Below, piece by piece: positions 11,901 to 23,900 of a stretch of 64,000 nucleotides of DNA; the stretch's first letter is position 1; every line of letters begins with the position of its first letter. The translations under genes were made by a program, and so were the position numbers. Origin of the DNA: Catajapyx aquilonaris (taxonomy: Eukaryota); contig KZ538047.1 in NCBI GenBank assembly GCA_000934665.2, forward strand, positions 1 through 64,000, read 5' to 3'. The notes under the pieces are model-generated. The model was not told where the DNA came from, did not search any database, and was given only the letters and a program-made list of their open reading frames with translations.

Positions 11901-14900
11901 CATAATTCTACAGCTTTTTCATATTTAAAAAAAAGGGTGCCTTCAAATACTATCGTGTTATTTTTGGTTCAGTTCTTTTCATTCACACTTTTGTATGTTG
12001 CGATTTGAAAATTAGTTCAGGATTAATGAGTACACGTGTTCATTGTGAATATGTGTCAGGCACATTTTACTAACCGGGGCATGATGAACAATATTATTCT
12101 TGCATATAAGTTAGAGTACTGTACTGTGCTGCCTTGCATAATAAAGACCTGATTGAAATAAACATCCCGGAGACTCCCGAGCAACAGCCACTGGCCGCTT
12201 TTAATGTGGCCATTGCGATCACAATCTCTGGGCGCAATGCATCACTTGGACACGTGCTGAATACTCTTGCTCATCCGTAATACCAAGCAGGCCGTACATA
12301 TATACCCTTCGTTAATCCCGGTTTGCGAAGCGTATGACGTTGAGTAAGAGAGCATTTCACGTAAGCCCCGGATTATCAATGTCTTTTTTTGTGTGTGTGT
12401 GTGTGTGTGCGTTAGTTGGGCGATTATTTCATCAAACTGCCTGCAGCACTTGAATGCAAATGAACTGTGCGTGCATAACTCGTTAAGACAAGTTTTGCTC
12501 ATTAGGCGATTATAGGATATGCTGTCAAGTGGGACTTGGCCAAAAAAAACATTTTTGACGTTGATATTCATCAGCGCAATTAATTCATGTCGGCTATAAA
12601 TATTGGCAATAAAATGCTAATGAACTTGTCACAATTACATCCGCAACACGGATACCCCTCCCCCGTGCCTCGATTTGTCAATGACTATCTCTCTCTATGC
12701 AGTTAATCAATTAGTGTACCGTCGAGCAGTGTAGTATTGTGGAAAACTATAAAAGCCACAGCAGGGTTGGCTAGACATCGGCAGCAGGTTTCAACAAAAT
12801 AGAGCTGCATTTAGTTTTTGACACAGTTTCGACCTATTACACATAGAGCACTGCCGTCAAACCCAGATGAACTATTTTCGATAATGCAGCTGCATGTCTG
12901 TGCTTTGCAGAGTTGACAATATTGCGATATAAATGACAGTGGGATGTATGCATTATGCTCCGTTGTCAGTTTCAGGTAATACCTTTGTTTTCGGCCTAAG
13001 CAGCTTATATTAAGCAGATTTACTTTAAGAACTTGGCTAAAAATATTGGACCACAATATTAGGTGGAGTAGATACGTTATCTTCTTAGCGTTCAAAATTA
13101 TTGGGTTTACTCGTCAAAGTGAGTTACCCGAAAAGCTTGGAAATTCATTGAAATTCAGCGCCTGGATGCTGGAATCGACTCATAGAAATGATCATTTCTG
13201 TATCCCCCTGAAAGTAATCGTTCCAATGAAGCTGGTTAATAATCAGGAGCTTAGGGCCAAAAATCCTTAAATGAAAATTGGAAACCCGTCGTAGTGTAAA
13301 TTTATGTTTCACCAAGAACCTAGAGCTATCAGTATACTAAAAGAAGGCCCTCCGGAAAGTTTGAAACCTCACCACACTGTTATATACCTTTACTTTCTTT
13401 TGTACATGTACACCGGATGTTGCGCTCCAAGGCAAAGTAATAATCTTGGCCGCTTTTACACTGTACGTTATAGCGCAAAGTCTCTTAACCCAGCCAGACT
13501 CTGCAAGACCACACTAATTAACAGTTCGCGGTAAGGTTAATACACTGGAAAAGACCTGCAGCACTTTAGGGTAAACGCCCTTTTAATAGTCGATACACTT
13601 TTCGCACAGTGCAGTACGAATATGCCCATAAATTAAAACCGGGTTCAGATATTCAACGCTGAATATTTCCATGAAGTTCTATACTGACCCAATTCAGTGC
13701 TTGCCAAAACTTACCCAGAAGATAGTCGACGTCTTGTGAGCTGACGCTATCGAACTGTCCCTTATTCCAAACGTATTCTGCCTGCAGGCCCCGGCGTTTC
13801 TTGTCCTTCACCCAGTGGTCGATGAGGTTACGACCATCCTGGCGTCGACCCTCTTCCTGGGAATGCTCCGGGTCGGGGGTACCTTTAGGGAGAAGGTGAC
13901 GCCTACCACCACCCAGCATAACCTGGAAAGGAAAACACACATTGCCAGGTACTGTCATGCCACACCAGATCATGTTGCTTCCACCCAAGTGTTGAACTTT
14001 GGTCAGTGCAGCAGCACCCTGTAGTCTCACGGGAATGCAGAAGTACAGTAATCTGAGACCGGGAAAGTGGGGAAGGTGGCATGTTAGTGTGCGACAGAAG
14101 AGGAAATTGTGGGCATCTAGGGAGAGGTTTGTTGAGGTATCACTCTAGGCGAAGAGCACATGCGAGGTCTTCAATTCTTATTTCCTCATCTGATTGTGAG
14201 AGAAAAAAAAACATTGGCCCAGCTCGGCACGGCACTCTCTGAGGGACTATTCCGGTGCCGAGTGTCTAGGTTTCCTGCAGTGCTGCAATACCAAACCAAC
14301 ATTTTCGCCAGCTGTAAAACTTCTCTCTTTCTCTTTTTACCAGCAGGATAGTTACTATAGATAAAATGATCCTAACATGTTACAGTTCCACTCGCCCATA
14401 TAAAGCCGACTCTAATCTGGTACGGTCATTCCTCAATTAGAAATGGGGTCGATTGCAACAAAAGTTTTGTGCTGGCCCCGAGAGTTGCAGAAAGGATGGT
14501 GCCCACTGTGACTGATGTTTTTGTTTCGCATAATGATCCTTTAGCCAGCAAGGTCCATCCTCGTTAGCGAGCAGCATATAGTAGTGCTTCTTTTGTTAGG
14601 ACTTGTTCCGGCTGGAAAGAATGGGGTCATCGTCTATTGTTGAGACGAGCATGCCCACGGCTCGTGTCTCTAGAGACCACTGACTAATAACCTCGCTATG
14701 GAGACAAACTTTAAGGGCTAACTTCTGGGTATCAGATGACCACTTTATGTATATAGTGTTTGAGATAATTAGAATTAATCAATGAATGTGGGGCTCTGAT
14801 ATGGAGGTTTGAATCATTTTGCTTCGCACTTTTTACTGCTAAAGCGTATTAAGACTTTTTATGCAAATCTTTTGAGTTGACTACAGTAGCAAATTGCTGG

Positions 14901-17900
14901 AATAATTATATCTGTTGCTAAGGTTTCCTGGAATAGCCTGAAGCATCAGCTGCTCTATGATCTTCCACTGCCGAAACATAGCGCTATATTTTTAAATTCA
15001 TGCGTGGTATGTACAGTACGATGCATATTATTATGTTTGAACTTTTTTGAAATTCTATGGGCAGTGACAAAGAAAAATAGAAAGAAAACTACTGAAAATG
15101 ACAGAGAATGTTTACGTAGTACTGCAAAATAGCAGTTAGTTAGGCATGGAAAATCTCCCTTGGGCGGTTTTTACTTCAAGACCAAGCATAGGAACTGTAG
15201 CTGCATGTGTATAGGATTTTAAATTTACTCTTGTGGCGGTCGGATTGTAAATAAATTTTAGTACAGTTGACAGTCTTGTTAGTTAAAATGTAAACGGTGG
15301 ATCCCTGCTGGCCACATCATGAAAAGCAAAAACACATTCTATTGGCTATTTAATATCAAAATAATGACAAGCACAGATTTCAAAGTCACATTTTACGCAA
15401 GAGGACTGTACACTTGTCTCTACATAAAATTATTCACCGAGCATAACCGCAATTTCCTTTGTGCATATTAACATAACAAAAACGGCGTCAAAATATTTTT
15501 TTTGCGTTACATTTTACAAGTTTTAGAGGGCCTCTTACAGTCTCATAACACGCAACCACTTGTGATTCTCGAGTGCAGGTAATCTAAGCGACACGATATT
15601 GCTTGTTTAATCACACAACTTAACGTCACTGCGTGGTGTAATGAGCCAGTCCAGACCAAAACGATGCATTTTGGCTTTGGAGTATAGGAAGAGGAAACAG
15701 CTGTACCTGCCTATTATGCTGGAATTACTGACCAACAACAGTAGTACGTATTCAGTTATTCACTCTCCATAGTGGTGCACTGCACAGGTGCGAATGATTC
15801 AGTGTTTTATTGAACCCGCACATTAAATTTAATAATTAAGCGAAACCACTGTATAAAATGCAGATAGTATTCACCAAGTACATACGATTATTCAATGAAT
15901 CTGTACTGCCAGCTATCTAAACACGTTTTTCTCAAAACTTTTATTCTCTTACAGTACCACTTGCCATAAACTTTTGTAACCTCCAGTGCCTTAAACCTGC
16001 AGTAAAACCAGTAAATGTAAGGGCATGTGCCCTTAACAAAAAAATAGAATAGGTCGCTTGGTTTCTATGGCCCTCCCCCATTTTCGGGTGGGACCTGCAA
16101 CGTATCGGACCTGCCAACGAGGTGAGAAATCGCCCAGCCGTGAACCCTCGCCCAACTTTTACTTCACTTCTTTCCTCGGGCTTATTTATCTGCACTGTCC
16201 GAAATCACGACTCCCTCGGGACTGTGAGCCCCCCCCCCNCCCCCCCCCCTTCCATGTAATGTACCTTCCAGTGGCTGCCATCGTTTGAAATCACGACGTG
16301 GATCAATGCACTTACTCTGAATTAAACACCGCGCCTTCCCCAGGTTTCGCCTTTAAACTCTGAAAACATTACTCATGCAAAGTTGGTGTCAAATGGCTGG
16401 GTGTGGGAAAATGTTCTCGCCAATGACGTCATAGGTCGCGGTTTTCACGGTTATTATACTGGGCTGGTAGGGCCTCCCCCAGTATATACAGTTAGCCAGC
16501 GAGGCGGTACACCGCTACAATATAAAAAGGGCTGCGCTAATGTTACGCTTCGCATAATAACCGCCAAATGGTGGCAAATTCCGCAAAACTATACACCCCC
16601 CCTAGCGCTCGGTACATTTTTTTAGCAGTGTGGGTTACATGCGCGCATATTTGCTATATATGTGGCCCTCCCCATCAGTGCGCGTGTGATATGAAACGGA
16701 TGGAAATCATGGCACACTGACGGCTGTATCGCTTCCCAGAGGGGTCCGACCCTATAAATTAAGGTAAAGGGCCCAACCCAGGGGACGAGTTTTGCCACCA
16801 TCTCCTCTGCTAAATGCTTCATGCCGGAGCACTTACACAGATTGCCAGCACCATTTAATAAATCCCGCCTTCTACTGCTCAATACATCCAAAACATTTCC
16901 GTACATACCCCCTGCTATTCCCACAGAGGCTACATATTCCGCACATTGCAAAAAATTATCGACAGTTGCATATTCACTAGGGCTCTCTTCCGAACTAGAA
17001 GAGTCAGCATAGTAGGAGAAATTCTGCTTAACGAACAAGCACCAGAAGGAAAATAAATCTTCAGCGTGCCCTCTAGTATTGGCATTCACTCAAAGCGTGT
17101 TCAGTTGGCTAGTATTTTATTTATGCTCAAGTTCCACTTGCGGGGGCTTGTGGCAAACAGGATTGGCCTTGTATAATCCAGCCAGCAGGTCAATTATTTT
17201 GGTTTAATATGTACCGTATAATATTGGATGTTGTACTGCAGGTGGACCTGAATGGAGTTAAATTATTACCTAGCAATAGGTTTTGTGTATCCAAAAACTA
17301 ATTTCTGTTTATGTCAATACAATCATTATTTCATGTAATTATTGCCGCCTTGCTAATTAACATAGTGTAGTGCCTGAAAAATATGAAATTATGCATGTAT
17401 TGCCAGCCTACTTGTTTCAGCCAGCAAGTGTCTGGTATATTCATGAAAAAGAATATACTTATATATGGTACTGAATATTTTGGAAACTGTCACATAGCAT
17501 ATATACCGGTACTGTATTGGTCAACCGCAATGGATTTGAACTATTATCGTAACCTAATTACTCGCTCAGTGGACCAAATAAAACATCATAACATTTATTG
17601 CGGCTTGCACTATCAAATCGTCTGACATTTATTATGTCATTTTAATTATCCACAAGCTAATTACTTTTAAAAGTAATACTAAAATGGCAAAATATTGTAA
17701 ACAAAATATATATACAAAATGTATATTTTTCATCTACAATATTTTGCCATTTTAGTATTTTTTTGTGAAAATTAATTAGCTCGTGGATAATAATTAAAAA
17801 CGACATAAATGTCAGCTGATGAACACTAGCAGTTGACAATTCCAGTAATAATCAACCCGGAAACGCAAATATTGTCTTCATTGTATATCAACCTGATGGA

Positions 17901-20900
17901 GTAATGTTTGGTACTGACAGTGAGTGCCCACAATTATAATTATGTTTTCTCAATATTACCGGTACACACTCAGATCAACTTACAATGTTGGTTGGTACTG
18001 TTTCTGTTGGATTTTCTAACTGATGTTTTATTCAATTGGGGGCGTGTACTAATTGTGTGCTCCAATCTGACACAATGGAAAATATTTCAGCTCATTCGCA
18101 ACAAGTAACAGGATCCTTTGAAAGCATATCGCCGAGAGGTTTCGTACAGCCAGGAAATAAAACTGTGTATATAGGATTGTGTTTGCCTCATCTTCGGACA
18201 AAAAAGCCTGACTCATGGTGTGAAAACTGAGAAGGCAGCCAAAGAGGTGCAATATTTCTCGTAATTCCACTGCCAATTCTGCTGAAACAGAGAAATTCTC
18301 CGAATCGAACACCTCCATCATGTTACAAGCTTCCGGAAAAAAAACCCTCTCCCAATGAAACGAGGCCAAGTGCCTCATATACACTCCTGCTGGCCACTTC
18401 CGAAGCACAGAGTACATAAACTCTCAAATATCCCCGGTGGAAAAAAAAGTGTCCGTGAGTGCGCAAAACTTTGCTCTTGGCGCCATAACGGCCCCTGCTC
18501 TATTCACATTCATGGGTTTGCCTGACGATCGGTATATACAGGGAAGAGAGGTTGTTAGCAGCACTTACGTTGATGTGACGTCCCGGGTCGTCTTCTACGA
18601 GCTGCCTGGCTATGTCCTTGCAGGCGTTACGGGCAGATCCGGGCAGCTTGGAGTCGTCTTCCCAGTAACGACTGGCTGCATGGGCGTACAGGGCCGCTGG
18701 AGTCGCGTGCGTCAGTCGCGTCGTTGTCACCAACCCAGTCGACTTTCCTATAAACACAGGAGGGGGAAATGTCACATTATAGATTTAAGCCAATCACAGA
18801 GTCGGGGGAGGGAAGACACCCATGAACATCGATATGATATGAACTGATCATACGATATATCGATACGAGATGATCTTATGGTATGATATATCGATATAAT
18901 ATGACTTATGATATATCGATATGCCAAACTTATATCGATATGATCTTATGGTAAGATATATCGATATAATATGACTTATGATATATTGATATGCCAAACA
19001 TATCGATATGATCTTATGGTAAGATATATCGATATAATATGACTTAAGATATATCGATATAATATGACTTATGATATATTGATATGCCAAACATATCGAT
19101 ATGATCTTATGGTAAGATATATCGATATAATATGACTTATGATATATCGATATGCCAAACTTATATCGATATGATGTAAACATGTGATATATCGATATGA
19201 TCTGATATCTCGATATTCCTGGGTGCCTTCCTGGACTTGTAAGGTGTTTCTTCAATGCTGAAATGCGATATTATCAGGGCTAGAGGAGGCCAGTGTATAT
19301 AGCGACACATGATCTTGGAAATGGCTTCGGGAAGAAAAGAGATCTAATTGCAGGCTGCAAAAACAAGGGCAAGGAATGATTGTTTTTCCCACTGAAAATG
19401 ATTTGTTTTGACGGCTTGCGGAACGTGTGACGCGGTACAGTAAATCACGAGAGAAAACTGCTGACAAAAGCAACTGACGCTCAATCTGACAGAAACTCTT
19501 CTGCTGCAGTTGGGGCATGGAGGAACGTCCCTCTACAAAAATAAAAATCTTTTCTCGATTCTTTGTTGCAGCTGGATTTATGTAAACATACGCATCCCTG
19601 ATTTACGGGTTTGTTCTGTAACTTTAAGATAACATCTTAAGTAAACACTGTGCCAAAATCCAGGTACTGTGCAAACTTTCAAGTATGATACATTGCATTG
19701 CCTCATAAACCACAGCATGGTCGGAACTACTAGTAGCCAGAACTACACTCCATCTTTTAAATAGTTCAGGAACCAAATATATTAATATAATGTCTCATTT
19801 GTGATTTTCATAGAAAAAGAGCTTCAACTGCAAAATGCGGCAAAATGGCGCAGTTTCTAAGCAAGAAAGTAACAGTACCTCTGAGAATTATACTGTGCAT
19901 ATTAAACCTGCTTTATTGCTAATTTTCGTTTTAAGCAGACCCGGTTTTTGTGCCAAGACCTTCAAATATTAAGAGGGAGATTTCTCAGACATTGTAAAAC
20001 CGTGAGTATATATATTATCGTAACAAGTACAGGGGACATAAATTACCGCAAGTGCTGCTTCCATGAACTGCACTGTATTGCATAAGTTATGATCATCGCA
20101 ATGTTACTGCACTTTGCGAGAACTCGTTGGGGATCATCCCGCATGAAATTTTTTTCAGTTCCCATCTTCCAGGCCAGCGTTATAGTATGAATATTTAATG
20201 AACTCTTTGCGGCCGGATTTTGCGGAGTCAAGTGAGTACTAACTGATGTTCAATATCCAGTGACATTTCTGTCCTCGGGCAGGGATTTAACCGCTTAACC
20301 GAGCTTCATCAAATCAGCTCTAATGTGTTCGGGGTTTTTTTTTCTCCAGCTCGTAACTGGAGGTTTGACCTCAATTGCTGCAAACAAGCCTTTAAAATAC
20401 ATCTAATGTAACGAGCACGGTGAACCGACGAGCCATGCAAATATTACAGGAGATAGAGCACAACACCTGTACGACATATTTATCACCTTTTTTGTGTGTG
20501 TGTTTGGTCCGGCGCCATTGTTAGGAAAGCACAGCATTACACAGACAGAAAGTTTTAGTGTTGTTTTCTGTTTAATGCTGCGTGGGTTTCCAGGCTCGAT
20601 GTAAAATCCTTTCTCACTAACGGCCAGTGGCCTGGTGGAAAATAAACATTGTCGTACTGTGGTGGGGTGTCGATTTGGGTAGCCTGGTCCACCCCCTCCC
20701 AGGCATTTTTGTCACCCGGAGCACGGACTACAATAAAGCAAGTACTTTCCAACTACCCTCTGTTCACTCACGCGTCGCACCAACGCCCCTGTGCTTTTTC
20801 GACAGAGCCACACTAGGAACCTTATCGAAAACACATTAAACAGTCTTATCCGACTCAAAGCAATTGTTAGTAACGGCCTCGTTTCGACTTGCAGATTTTA

Positions 20901-23900
20901 CTTACTGCCTCTTAGGAAAGNCCCCCCCCCCCCCCAAAGAGAGTTAAGCTGCGGAGTCATTGTTCAAAAAGTTTAGGATCGTGGGATTAGTGCGGGGGGA
21001 AAGTAGATGGGCACGTTTTCTAGAATGCCCCCTAATTTGGTCAACGGATGGGGGGCCATAAAGAGAGAGAGAGAGCTTCTCTTCTTCTGCTACTTCAATT
21101 GGATCGGCAGAAAATAAATGGCGCCCCTTGCCACCGCCTTCATCGAGCAGTCTAACTGACATGTAGCGATTTTTCTCAACCTAGCAGAATAAGCAGAACG
21201 ACCTATAGCGCAGTCAGGACAAACAAACTTTCCCGTTTATACTATGAAAGATACTGTACATATTTTAAGCAAAGATCGCTCAGGATTCCAATCAGTGCAA
21301 TTATTCCTAATGATCAAAGCTATTAAAATATATGAGCGCAATTTCAAGACGCGTAAACTACTTACAATATTGCACCGTAAATGCTGGTAGAGGATAGCAA
21401 TTTATATCCGGAATCCAGCAGTTGGAAAACGGTTCTCCCGCAGTTTTTCAGATAATTACTCCAGATCGCCAGGAGGCTGTCAGATGTGAACAGACATTCG
21501 AATCCTTGAGATATCGAGCGAGGAAGGGAAAGAAACGGTTGAAAAATTACACTACCGCTAAGAGAGATTTGTCTGGAGTAATTGGGAAGGAGGATTTGCA
21601 GTTTGGAGAGGAATCGTGTCAAGGAGGGGGGGGGCTGGGATGGGTAGAAATGAGTGTTTGGGAAGAAGATTAGGCCTCGCTTTGGAGAAGACACATGGCC
21701 CGCGTCACCTACTCAAATGAAGACTAAAATCATGCTTCTAAAGCGCTAAACAGACCTCTGCGAAGACAAGTTGCAAGTTTACTTCCCCAGTATATTGCGT
21801 TCCAACCAAATTTACAGGGTGTTTCGCAATAAGTCGCGGACACACACTATATGCAGTGAAAGTCGCAACATAATGCAGAAGTTTCATTCACATTTACCTT
21901 GACAATTATACACCTATTATAGAAGCCACATTCCCTCAACTTACACCTCTCTCTCAGAGAAACTGACAATCCAAAATGCAAAGCTATTCCAGGTTTCTAG
22001 CGTAATAACTTAGTTACAACAGGCGGTCTTGCAAGTAGAGTGGATTGCGAAAAGAATGCTAGTAAAACGCAAGCGGCGTTGTAGAGCCATAACCATGGAA
22101 CCCAAAAGCCGAAGTTACGAATTTGCATAATAGCATTGAGGACTTGGGCTCGTTCAAAGTCTCTTCCAACCTGTGCCCCCTTATCCAAGTGAGTTTTGTT
22201 CACGGGGAAATATTCGACGTCTTTCACTTTCTTATAGATGATGCTACCAATTGATTCCTTCTCAAAAAAATTGGCATCATATTTTTGCAATATTTAGGCC
22301 ATGCTCGCAAATTAAATAACACTTATTTACTCCTACGTACTCCTATACACATGCGCAAAAAGGGACAAAAATGTACGAAAAATGCTGTGAAATTGCATTA
22401 ATATTTTAGGTTTTTAATTAGTGCCAATATGACCATGAGTTCAAAATGCAAATAGACATTGCCGTACACGAAAGTTATGCAATAAAAAGAGTTTGCGCCT
22501 GAAAATGATGCTTTCCGTGGTACACGGGTGCGGTTGCATACACTGCAAGGATAAACTTCAAGGATGTATTTTTTACAATCTGATGTATGCAATTATTTTA
22601 TTTATGTTGTCAGCATTAGTACAGGGAATGTCTGGCATACCACACTACACGTACAGCAATCCGTGTACTGGTTTTATTTTCCAATCGCACACTTCATACT
22701 CTAAAGTGCCTGAAGTGGTGTTTGATCAGCGTACAGTTTTAAAACGTAGTCAACAACGATTTTGCGCACTACAACCGGTTTTATCGAAACAACATGCCTC
22801 TTCTGCTTTTTTTAAACAGACAAAAACGTTTCAAAGAGTCGCTACGAGTACCTCGATCCAGCTCACTCATCCCGTTTAGATAACCTATGAAGCATCTCTT
22901 ATTAGGCCAGCCAGCATAACTAATAGGACGAGGCAGTTTGCATCAGGACTCATTCGCATTTTTTGAAAAATCAATAAAATTGTATGTCATGTTGGAGACT
23001 GCATGACCACTATTCTCTTTAGATTATTTTTCTGCAACATGACACCAGTGAGTATGTCTACCTGCGTCATATTTTGTAAATACGTAGATGATGATTGTCT
23101 GTTACGATCTTACAAGTAACCGAATGAAATGTTCACAGTATATGAAAAATAGCAGTGCAGTTGTTACTGTATTGCAATTTGAGTATGCTGCAGACAGTAC
23201 TTGACCACTGTAATTCAGAGCTTTAGTGCTATGCAAGCAGCTGTATTTGCCATCGCGAATCCCTGTTGAAAATGTCATACAACCTGTTCAAAGTAGCTGT
23301 CCTTGTTCTCAAACATTTACATCATTGATTGTGCCCTGAAGCGTGGTAAAATTAGTTACTGTAATCTAATCATTTATTGAAACCGGTTTGTTTTAAACAA
23401 GATAAGATACTAACTTTACTATCAGGATAATGCATTGAAATTAGTCGCGGCGAATTCCGAAGTAACATTTGTTTCGCAATGCTGCCACAAATATGTGTCG
23501 TACTGACATCGCGCGAATTTTTTAAATATAAAATGCAAACACTTTAACACCAAAATGGGCACAAGGTTTCTTGGAAAAAGGCATTTAGTATTGACCAACA
23601 CCGTGATGTTAAAATAGGTGTTTGACCTGCGTTTTCTTAATATAGGCCTACTATAGAGTCTAGGCTGTCAAGAGCACGACATGAATGAATAGGATTTGTG
23701 AATTGCGTGATCGCCACATCACCAATATACAGATTCTTGTACTGATACTATCGGCGAACTGAATTCCTCATAATCAAACACCGTGTGGTTTAACATCAAG
23801 ATGTTGCAAAAATTGGAGAAAAGTTGCTATAGAGTGGCATGAATTGCATGGTAAGCACAACTGACGTTTAACTTAATAAGTAAAAAGTACGTACAATAAT

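Noticed and set aside
18424..18430. In-frame TGA in the intron-4 ORF as a selenocysteine codon
   Set aside because: No SECIS-like structure or selenoprotein motif seen; CGA-to-TGA decay or chance is simpler.
18848..19255. 135-aa repetitive ORF, or a CRISPR-like array
   Set aside because: The ORF is a translation of the tandem repeat; there are no unique spacers or cas genes and the context is eukaryotic.
21813..21840. Single TA-CAGGGTGTTTC Tc1/mariner-like end
   Set aside because: No matching opposite end found in the window.
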